A stretch of 9,694 bases of DNA from Longivirga aurantiaca (GTDB lineage: Bacteria > Actinomycetota > Actinomycetes > S36-B12 > CAIYMF01), in NCBI RefSeq assembly GCF_042660085.1, contig NZ_JBHSTI010000006.1, positions 1 to 9,694 of the forward strand, read 5' to 3'. The notes below the pieces were generated by a model that saw only the letters and a list, made by a program, of their open reading frames with translations, did not search any database and was not told the origin of the DNA. A program made the translations under genes and the position numbers. Shown piece by piece: positions 1 through 6,833 of the stretch (position 1 is its first letter; each line of letters opens with the position of its first letter).

Positions 1-2
1 CC

Positions 3-860
3 GCGGACGATCGAGCCCTCCTCGCGGCCATCGCGTCCTACGGGGCCATCGCGCTCAACGGCCTCGCGCACCGAGGTGGCGCGGAGTCGGTGCTGGGTCG
101 ACTGATCTCGGCCACGTCCGAGCGCGATGCCGTCGAGATCCTCGAGCGTCTCGGCTGGGCTGCCGGGACCGCCGTGGTCCCCGTGGTGATCCGGTGCGAC
201 CCCGAGCTCGCCCTGACCAGTCAACGCAGCCTCGACAGCGTGACCCAGACCGTGGAGTCGGTGTTCACCGGGACGCGCGGACGCGCGATCCCGGCGACCA
301 CAGGGGTTGTCGGGGCCCTGCTGACGGTCCCCGCCGGACACGTCGATCCCGCGGCCCTCGCATCCGAGCTGCGGCACGACATCGCCGGAGCGTTGCGGGA
401 CAGGGGGCAGTCCGCCGGCGCGGCGATCGGCGTGGGGCGACCGGCCACCAGCGGGCTGGAGGTCGCGCAGGAGTTCCGATCAGCCGCCTGGGCGGCGACC
501 TGGGCCGCCCTGAGCGAGGACGGGGTCAGGATCGCCCCCGGTGGCGACCAGCGCACGACGCAGCAGCTCTTCACGCTCGAGGTCGAGCTGGCGCCCGCGG
601 TCGCCGAGCAGATCGACCGGATCGGGCGGGTCCAGGCCCACGACCTGCGCCACGGTACGGACCTGCTCGAGACGCTCGCGGTCTTCGTCCGCGAGCGCGG
701 ATCGATCCACCAGACCTCCGAGCAGCTGTTCATCCACCGCAACACCCTGCGGCAGCGCCTCACCAAGATCTCGACGCTCATGGAGCAGCCGATCGAGCGG
801 GTGGAGGACTGGGTCCCGGTGGCGCTCGCGATCCGCGTGCTCCGCTCCCGCACGCCCTGA
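3..860 (+). CDS. GAF/PucR(CdaR)-family transcriptional regulator, C-terminal part; 5' end lies outside the window
   Basis: Frame 3 is open from the left edge. It reads ADDRALLAAIASYGAIALNGLAHR, which looks like the last helix of a GAF domain, and ends in the PucR-type HTH signature LLETLAVFVRERGSIHQTSEQLFIHRNTLRQRLTKISTLMEQPIERVEDWVPVALAIRVL. The ORF track's M at 90 is probably internal. Confidence 0.85.
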   Translation, partial: ADDRALLAAIASYGAIALNGLAHRGGAESVLGRLISATSERDAVEILERLGWAAGTAVVPVVIRCDPELALTSQRSLDSVTQTVESVFTGTRGRAIPATTGVVGALLTVPAGHVDPAALASELRHDIAGALRDRGQSAGAAIGVGRPATSGLEVAQEFRSAAWAATWAALSEDGVRIAPGGDQRTTQQLFTLEVELAPAVAEQIDRIGRVQAHDLRHGTDLLETLAVFVRERGSIHQTSEQLFIHRNTLRQRLTKISTLMEQPIERVEDWVPVALAIRVLRSRTP

Positions 861-1096
861 GCCCGCCGCCGTACCCACCTGTCGTCGCTCGACGCCGACG
901 TCGTCGACCGTCGACGGCCACGTCCCGGTCCGGGGCGGGCGCAGGCGGTTCTGCACTGGTCCCCCCGCCGGGAGTCGACATTCTGCCCATCGTCGCCTCG
1001 GCCGCCGACGGGAAGAGTGGGGCACGTCGTAGCGCCGTCCGGAGCGCGGCGGGCCGTCGCGCCGGAACTCTGCCGGCAGCGTGGGCAGATTGACTC

Positions 1097-1125
1097 TTGA
1101 CATAGGACAAACTTTGACCTACCTT
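1097..1125 (+). promoter_or_regulatory. Predicted sigma70-like promoter for the catabolic operon (-35 TTGACA 1097-1102, 17-nt spacer, -10 TACCTT 1120-1125)
   Basis: Consensus -35 hexamer, 17-nt spacer and TANNNT-type -10. It lies about 40 nt upstream of the first operon gene in a locally AT-richer stretch. Confidence 0.6.
1103..1121. promoter_or_regulatory. Candidate operator: 9-1-9 near-palindrome TAGGACAAA-C-TTTGACCTA
   Basis: The arms match at 8 of 9 positions (reverse complement of TTTGACCTA is TAGGTCAAA). The element fills the gap between the predicted -35 and -10 boxes. Confidence 0.5.
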
Positions 1126-1166
1126 GGCAGGCATACCAGCACCAGGGTCGATCGAGGAGGATGGTC

Positions 1167-1568
1167 GTGCCAGAGGACAGGTCCGCAGCCGCGGAGGCGG
1201 TGATTCGACTCCGGCTCGCTCCGAGCGATGCGCGCTACGCGGGAGGGCTGGTCGCCGGGTCGAAGGCGATGGAGATCTTCGCCGACCTCGAGACCGAGCT
1301 GTCTCTGCTCGAGGGCGGGGACGAAGGCCTGTGCGTCGCCTACAGCTCGGTGAACTTCCTGGCACCGCTCCGTGTGGGCGACTTCGTCGAGGGCAGGGCG
1401 CACGTCGTCGAGCGCGGCAACACCAGCCGCCTCGTCGAGGCGAGTCTCTACAAGGTCGCGAGCGTGGATGACCGCGGCAGGCTGATCCCCCAGGACGGGC
1501 CGATCCTCGCCGCCACGGCGGTCGCCACGATCGTGGTGGGTCGAGGGTTCGCCGGTCAGGAGAACTGA
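1167..1568 (+). CDS. Hotdog-fold acyl-CoA enzyme resembling 3-aminobutyryl-CoA / beta-alanyl-CoA ammonia lyase
   Basis: The pattern RLRLAPSDARYAGGLVAGSKAMEIFADLETELSLLEGGDEGLCVAYSSVNFLAPLRVGDFVEGRAHVVERGNTSRLVEASLYKVA resembles the DAHYxGxLVxGAxxxxxxxDxxTEL...FLAPVxxGDxxE pattern I recall for the Kal/Acl ammonia-lyase family. ATG 1161 is also possible. GTG 1167 is better spaced from GAGGAGG (1154-1160). Confidence 0.75.
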   Translation: MPEDRSAAAEAVIRLRLAPSDARYAGGLVAGSKAMEIFADLETELSLLEGGDEGLCVAYSSVNFLAPLRVGDFVEGRAHVVERGNTSRLVEASLYKVASVDDRGRLIPQDGPILAATAVATIVVGRGFAGQEN

Positions 1569-1569
1569 C

Positions 1570-3060
1570 GTGGCCGGCGCCGCGAGCACCCTCGTCTCCT
1601 GGATCGGCGCTGTGGTCCGGGCCCACCCGAACGACCCCGCCGTGATCTACGAGGGTCAGACCTGGACGTACAAGGAGCTGTGGCAGCGCTCGGCCGTGAT
1701 CGCCCGGGAGCTGCTGGCGTCGGGTGTCCGCCGGGGGGAGGCGGTCGGTCTGGTCGGTGCCAACGAGGCGGTCTACATCGCCACCTACTTCGGGATCATG
1801 CGCGCCGGGGCGACGGCGGTCCCCCTCAACGCCATGCTCGATGCCGCGTCGCTGCGCGACCAGCTCGTGATCGTCGAGGCCCGTACCGTCTTCGTGGGCC
1901 TCGTCGACGCGGAGGTCCGCGACGAGCTCTCCGAGTCCTTCCGGACCCTCCCGATGGGAGGATCGGGCGAGCCGTCGCCACGATCGTCCCTGCCGGCCCT
2001 GGGATCGAGCACGCCGTGCTCGATCATGATGACGAGCGGGTCGACCGGCAGGCCGAAGGGCGCGGTCCACTCCCAGGGGACGATGCTCCACGCCGCCATG
2101 CAGCTGGGATCGGTGTTCCCGTTCGGCTCGGGTCAGCGCGGTGTCGTGTTCCTCCCGCTGTACGCCTGCATCCCGGAGCAGGTCCTCCCGATGCTCTGCA
2201 TGGGTGGTGCCCTGGAGATCCTGCCGCGCTTCGACATCGAGCGCGTGGCCGACGCGTGCTCGCGCGCGACGACCTTCGACGCGGTGCCCACGATCATGGG
2301 CCGGCTCATCGAGCATGCCCCGCTGGAGAAGCTGGCCAAGCTCGAATGGGTGCTGTTCGCCTCCGAGCCCATGCCGCCGGCGCTGCTCCACCGCTGGTGG
2401 GACGAGCTGCCCACGGTCGAGACCCACCAGTTCTACGGGATGACCGAGATCCTGCCGCTCACGGCGGCGCCTCATTGGATCCTGCGCGCCGAGCCGAGCA
2501 CGGTGGGTCGGGCCTTCCCGACCACGAGGCTCGAGGTCCAGGCGGACGATGGCTCCGGCCACTCCGATGGGCAGGGCGAGCTCGTCGGGAGCAGCCCCGC
2601 TCGGCTCCTGAGCTACTACAACGACCAGGACGCCACGGCTCGCGCACTCTCCTCGGACGGCGCCTTCCACACCGGCGACCTCGGCCGCATCGGCGATGAC
2701 GGGCTGGTCTATCTCACCGGCCGGCTCAAGGACGTCATCATCTCCGGCGGCATCAACATCGCCCCGGCGGAGATCGAGCACGTCGCCTGCAACCATCCCG
2801 ACGTCCTGTCCGCGATCGTCGTCGGGATCCCCAGCGAGCGGTGGGGGGAGACTCCGGTGGTCGTCGCCGTCGCCAAGCCAGGTCGTCGGCTGACCGCGGA
2901 CGACATCCTCGCCCACTGCCGGGACAACCTGTCCAGCTACAAGCGCCCCTCCGGTGCTGCCGTCGTCCCCACCATCCCGGTCACGGGGATCGGCAAGGCG
3001 GCCAAGTCGTCGGTCCGGCAGCAGATCATGGATGGGGTGATCCAGCTTGTTCGCGCCTGA
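1570..3060 (+). CDS. AMP-forming acyl-CoA ligase/synthetase (ANL superfamily)
   Basis: MIMTSGSTGRPKGAVHSQG (P-loop-like motif), QFYGMTEI, FHTGDLGRIGDDGLVYLTGRLKDVIISGGINIAPAEIE, and a C-terminal SSYKRPSG...PVTGIGKAAKSS containing a lysine in the catalytic region. GTG start with an AGGAG upstream. Confidence 0.93.
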   Translation: MAGAASTLVSWIGAVVRAHPNDPAVIYEGQTWTYKELWQRSAVIARELLASGVRRGEAVGLVGANEAVYIATYFGIMRAGATAVPLNAMLDAASLRDQLVIVEARTVFVGLVDAEVRDELSESFRTLPMGGSGEPSPRSSLPALGSSTPCSIMMTSGSTGRPKGAVHSQGTMLHAAMQLGSVFPFGSGQRGVVFLPLYACIPEQVLPMLCMGGALEILPRFDIERVADACSRATTFDAVPTIMGRLIEHAPLEKLAKLEWVLFASEPMPPALLHRWWDELPTVETHQFYGMTEILPLTAAPHWILRAEPSTVGRAFPTTRLEVQADDGSGHSDGQGELVGSSPARLLSYYNDQDATARALSSDGAFHTGDLGRIGDDGLVYLTGRLKDVIISGGINIAPAEIEHVACNHPDVLSAIVVGIPSERWGETPVVVAVAKPGRRLTADDILAHCRDNLSSYKRPSGAAVVPTIPVTGIGKAAKSSVRQQIMDGVIQLVRA

Positions 3061-3976
3061 CGCCCTGCGCGCCATGGTGGAGGGCGGGAGAGCGGGCTCG
3101 TGGGGTCCGCTCGCCCGGGCCATCACCGTCGTCGAGAACAGCGCGCCGTGGGACGTGGTCATCCCGCGGGCCGAGAAGCCCGCGCACATCGTGGGGATCA
3201 CCGGGCCACCGGGGGCGGGGAAGTCGACCCTGACGGGGGCTCTCATCGCGGAGTACGCCGACGCCGGATGTCGCGTCGCCGTGCTGGCGATCGACCCGTC
3301 GAGCCCCCTGAGCGGCGGGGCCGTTCTCGGTGATCGCCTGCGGATGGAGACCCACCTGAACGGTCGGCCCGACGTCTTCGTCCGGAGCCTCGCCAGCCGG
3401 GGGACGCACGGGGCCGTCGCCGGCTCCACCCGCAACATCGCGCGGCTCCTCGAGCTCTCCGGCCTGTTCGACGTCATCCTCATCGAGACCGTGGGGGCCG
3501 GCCAGACCGAGGTCGCGATCGTCGAGGTGGCCGACACGGTCGTCCTGGTCACGGTCCCCGGGCTGGGGGATGCCGTGCAGACGATCAAGGCAGGGCTCAT
3601 GGAGGTGGCCGACATGTTCGTCGTGAACATGTCGGACCGCCCCGGAGCGGCGGAGACGGCGCGTCACCTGCGGCTCGCGGCCGGGCGCGGGAGCGCCGTG
3701 CTCCAGACGACGGCCCGCGACGGTGTCGGGGTCGACGAGGTCCGGCTCGCGCTGGACGCGCGCTGGGAGGAGCTCTCGCGGGACGCGCGGCTGGAGGAGC
3801 TCAGGGCACGCAAGTGGGGGACCGACGCGGCGCTGATCGCGGAGGCGTGGGTCGGGGCATGCGCGCACGCGCTGCCGATGGAAGACGGCCGAGGCATGGC
3901 TCAGACCGTGGACGACATCCTCAGGGATGCGTCGGAGCGGTGGCAGATTCAACGACAGGAGCGCAGTGATGACTGA
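3047..3976 (+). CDS. meaB: MeaB/ArgK-type G-protein chaperone for the adenosylcobalamin-dependent mutase
   Basis: GPPGAGKSTLTGALI Walker A, AIDPSSPLSGGAVLGDRLRM, RSLASRGTHGAVAGSTRNIARLLE, FDVILIETVGAGQTEVAI, and FVVNMSDRPGA at the G4 position. The TTG start overlaps the ligase stop by 14 nt. Confidence 0.92.
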   Translation: MFAPDALRAMVEGGRAGSWGPLARAITVVENSAPWDVVIPRAEKPAHIVGITGPPGAGKSTLTGALIAEYADAGCRVAVLAIDPSSPLSGGAVLGDRLRMETHLNGRPDVFVRSLASRGTHGAVAGSTRNIARLLELSGLFDVILIETVGAGQTEVAIVEVADTVVLVTVPGLGDAVQTIKAGLMEVADMFVVNMSDRPGAAETARHLRLAAGRGSAVLQTTARDGVGVDEVRLALDARWEELSRDARLEELRARKWGTDAALIAEAWVGACAHALPMEDGRGMAQTVDDILRDASERWQIQRQERSDD

Positions 3977-5639
3977 GACCACCGACGCACGGGTCGAGGC
4001 GTGGAAGCGGGAGAACCTCGCTCGGGACTACGAACGGGTCCCACCGCGACGTGAGCGCTTCGAGACCTTGTCCGGGATCGAGGTCGACGACATCTACACG
4101 CCGGCATCGGTCAGCGGGTTCGACCCCGACCGGGATCTCGGCCTCCCCGGTCAGTACCCCTTCACCCGTGGTGTGCACGCCAGCATGTACCGCGGGCGCC
4201 CGTGGACCATCCGCCAGGTGGCCGGGTTCGGCCAGGCCGAGGACACGAACAACCGCTACAAGTACCTGCTCAAGACCGGTCAGACGGGGTTGTCGACGGA
4301 CTTCGACCTGCCGACGCTGCTCGGCTACGACTCCGATCACGAGGTCTTCCGTCGCGAGGTCGGGAAGATCGGCGTCGCCGTCGACACCGTCGTCGACATG
4401 CATGCGCTGTTCGACGGGATCCCGTTGGACCAGATCTCGACGTCGATGACCATCAACCCGACCGCGGCGATCCTGCTCGCCATGTACCGGGTGGTCGGCG
4501 ACGAGCGCGGGTACCCGGGCCATGTGCTCACCGGCACGACGCAGAACGACATCCTCAAGGAGTACACGGCTCAGAACGAGTTCATCTTCCCGCCCCTTCC
4601 CGCCGTGGAGCTCGTCGTGGACACGATGGAGTACGGGGCGGACGTCATGCCGCGCTTCAACCCGTTGAACGCCTGCGGGTATCACATCCGCGAAGCGGGC
4701 GCGACCGCGGTGGAGGAGGTGGGGCTGACCCTCAGCGCCGCCCTGTGCTACCTCGAGCACGCGGTGGCGCGCGGCATCGACGTGGACCGGCTGGCCCCGC
4801 GGGTCTCGTTCTTCTGGGACGTCCACAACAACTTCTTCGAGGAGGCGGCGAAGCTGCGGGCCGCTCGGCGGCTCTGGGCGCGTCTCATGCGGGAGCGGCT
4901 CAACTGCAAGGACCCGAAGTCGTGGCTGATGCGTGCCCACTGCCAGACCGCCGGGGTGTCGCTGACCGCTCAGCAGCCGTACAACAACGTGGCGCGGACT
5001 GCGCTCCAGGCGATGGCAGCCGTGCTGGGCGGGACGCAGTCCCTCCACACCAACTCCCTCGACGAGGCGCTGTCCATCCCGTCGGAGAGCGCGATCAAGA
5101 TCGCGGTCCGGACGCAGCAGATCATCCTCCACGAGACGGGTGTCGCCGATGTCGTCGATCCCCTCGCCGGTTCCTACTTCGTCGAGGCGCTCACCACGCA
5201 GATCGAGGAGGAGGCCCTCGCGCTGATCGAGCGCATCGACGCGATGGGCGGGATGATCCAGGCCGTCGAGTCGGGGTACGCCGGTCAGCTCATCGCCGAC
5301 TCGGCGTGGGAGCAGCAGGTCCGGCTCGAGAGCAACGAGCAGATCCAGGTGGGCGTGAACGACTTCGTGGACGAGGGCGAGCAGCAGCAGATCGAGATCG
5401 ACCGTCCGATCCCGGGGGTCATGGAGCGCCAGATGCAGCGGCTCGCCGACGTCAAGCGCTCGCGCGAGCAGAAGCGCGTGACGGAGACGCTTCGCGCCAT
5501 CGAGTCCGCCGCACCGAACCTGCACACCAACCTGATGCCGCTCATCGAGGACGCCGTGCGCGCTCGTGCCTCCGTCGGGGAGATCTCCGACGTCCTCCGG
5601 GGCACCTGGGGCCAGTACCAGCCCTCAACCGTCTTCTAG
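3969..5639 (+). CDS. Adenosylcobalamin-dependent acyl-CoA mutase large subunit, 2-hydroxyisobutyryl-CoA-mutase-like (not methylmalonyl-CoA mutase)
   Basis: About 556 aa with [96 protein letters not shown] and [13 protein letters not shown]. The Gln replacing MCM Arg207 and the HCM-type Asp are both present. ATG 3969 is preferred over the track start at 3927. Confidence 0.93.
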   Translation: MTETTDARVEAWKRENLARDYERVPPRRERFETLSGIEVDDIYTPASVSGFDPDRDLGLPGQYPFTRGVHASMYRGRPWTIRQVAGFGQAEDTNNRYKYLLKTGQTGLSTDFDLPTLLGYDSDHEVFRREVGKIGVAVDTVVDMHALFDGIPLDQISTSMTINPTAAILLAMYRVVGDERGYPGHVLTGTTQNDILKEYTAQNEFIFPPLPAVELVVDTMEYGADVMPRFNPLNACGYHIREAGATAVEEVGLTLSAALCYLEHAVARGIDVDRLAPRVSFFWDVHNNFFEEAAKLRAARRLWARLMRERLNCKDPKSWLMRAHCQTAGVSLTAQQPYNNVARTALQAMAAVLGGTQSLHTNSLDEALSIPSESAIKIAVRTQQIILHETGVADVVDPLAGSYFVEALTTQIEEEALALIERIDAMGGMIQAVESGYAGQLIADSAWEQQVRLESNEQIQVGVNDFVDEGEQQQIEIDRPIPGVMERQMQRLADVKRSREQKRVTETLRAIESAAPNLHTNLMPLIEDAVRARASVGEISDVLRGTWGQYQPSTVF

Positions 5640-5664
5640 TCCAGCAACCGAGGAGATCACTGAC

Positions 5665-6102
5665 ATGGAAACCCCCTCTGGGACGAGGTCCGCCCCGCTC
5701 AAGGTCGTCGTGGCCAAGCCGGGCCTGGACGGGCACGACCGTGGCGCCAAGGTCGTGGCGCGGGCGCTGCGCGACGCCGGGATGGAGGTCGTCTACACCG
5801 GCATCTACCAGACCCCCGAGTCGATCATGCGCGCGGTCATCCAGGAGGACGCCGACGTCCTCGGTCTGTCGAGCCTCTCGGGCGCCCATCTCGAGTACGG
5901 CGAGGAGCTCGGCCGGCTCCTCAAGGAGAACGACAGGGCCGACGTGCTCTTCGTGGCCGGCGGGACGATCCCGCCCGAGGACGCGGCGGTGCTCAAGGAG
6001 CACGGCGTGCACGAGGTCTTCGGCCCCGGCACGCCGACCACGACCCTGGTCGAGTACGTGCGGCAGTACGCGCGGAACGTGTCCGCGATCCCCCGGGGGT
6101 AG
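5665..6102 (+). CDS. Cobalamin-binding small subunit of the acyl-CoA mutase
   Basis: [46 protein letters not shown] carries the DxHxxG base-off/His-on B12 motif. It is followed by GLSSLSGAH and [38 protein letters not shown] lies just before ATG 5665. Confidence 0.95.
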   Translation: METPSGTRSAPLKVVVAKPGLDGHDRGAKVVARALRDAGMEVVYTGIYQTPESIMRAVIQEDADVLGLSSLSGAHLEYGEELGRLLKENDRADVLFVAGGTIPPEDAAVLKEHGVHEVFGPGTPTTTLVEYVRQYARNVSAIPRG

Positions 6103-6106
6103 TCGA

Positions 6107-6694
6107 GTGGTCACGCTGACGAGGATCTACACGCGGGCAGGGGACGGCGGGCAGACCCGGCTCGGCGACATGAGCCGGGTCAGCAAGCTGGACTCGCGTC
6201 TCCAGGCCTACGCCGATGTCGACGAGGCCAACAGCCACATCGGGCTCGCGATCTCCCTGGGGGGCCTCGGCGGCATGGAACCGGACGTCGCCGATGTGCT
6301 CCGCCAGATCCAGAACGAGCTGTTCGATGTCGGGGCGGACCTGTGCCGGCCCGTCGTCGAGGCGGACTCGGCGCCGCACCTCAGGATCGAGCCCGCCTAC
6401 ATCCAGCGGCTCGAACGGTGGTGCGACACGTTCAACGCACCCCTGCCGGAGCTGAGCTCCTTCGTCCTGCGGGGCGGCACGCCGGCCGGAGCCGCGATCC
6501 ACGTCGCCTGCACGGTGACCCGGCGAGCCGAACGCTCGACGTGGGCGGCGATCGAGGAGCACGGATCAGGTGTGAACGTCCTTGCCGCGAGCTACCTGAA
6601 CCGTCTCAGCGATCTGCTGTTCGTCCTGGCCCGGTACACGAACCGCCACCACGGAGATGTCCTGTGGGAGCCGGGACGAGCCCTGGACCTGTGA
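6107..6694 (+). CDS. PduO-type cob(I)alamin adenosyltransferase
   Basis: GTG start 4 nt after the preceding stop. TRIYTRAGDGGQTRLGDMSRVSKLDSRLQAYADVDEANSHIG, FVLRGGTPAGAAIHVACTVTRRAERSTWAA and YLNRLSDLLFVLARYTNRHHG are family signatures. The track ORF 4202-6694 contains this gene only at its 3' end. Confidence 0.93.
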   Translation: MVTLTRIYTRAGDGGQTRLGDMSRVSKLDSRLQAYADVDEANSHIGLAISLGGLGGMEPDVADVLRQIQNELFDVGADLCRPVVEADSAPHLRIEPAYIQRLERWCDTFNAPLPELSSFVLRGGTPAGAAIHVACTVTRRAERSTWAAIEEHGSGVNVLAASYLNRLSDLLFVLARYTNRHHGDVLWEPGRALDL

Positions 6695-6833
6695 GGCGCC
6701 GGGTCCCGGTCGGCTCGGAGCCGCACCCGACCCGCTTCTCACCCACGGCCCCGACGGCGGGCTTCCGCAGCCGGATCACCTGGCCTGGGCCACCGCCGCG
6801 TGACACCATGCAGAAGGACCTGGGGACGAGGAG

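Noticed and set aside
908-917. Perfect 10-bp palindrome CCGTCGACGG in the intergenic region
   Set aside because: Short GC-rich palindromes of this kind are expected by chance here, and it is remote from the predicted promoter.
1941-2031. Possible compensated frameshift in the ligase just before the TSGSTG motif
   Set aside because: The local sequence (PMGGSGEPSPRSSLPALGSSTPCS) is unusual, but this linker is variable in ANL enzymes. STPCSIMMTSGSTG reads naturally into the motif, so there is no solid evidence of an error.
778-3630. Very long 950-aa minus-strand ORF
   Set aside because: It lies antisense to the ammonia-lyase-like, ligase and meaB genes, which have strong family motifs. Its translation is low-complexity, rich in R/G/P/H, and typical of spurious antisense ORFs in high-GC DNA.
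3921-5525. 534-aa minus-strand ORF antisense to the mutase
   Set aside because: It mirrors the mutase coding strand, has no recognisable domain, and has the composition expected of a high-GC antisense frame.
3969-6102. Annotation as methylmalonyl-CoA mutase
   Set aside because: The position of MCM Arg207 is Gln and the position of Tyr89 is Val. An HCM-type Asp is present and no epimerase is encoded, so MCM activity is unlikely.
4202-6106. Upstream part of the 830-aa plus-strand ORF 4202-6694
   Set aside because: This part is an out-of-frame translation of the mutase subunits. Only the segment from GTG 6107 encodes a real protein, the adenosyltransferase.
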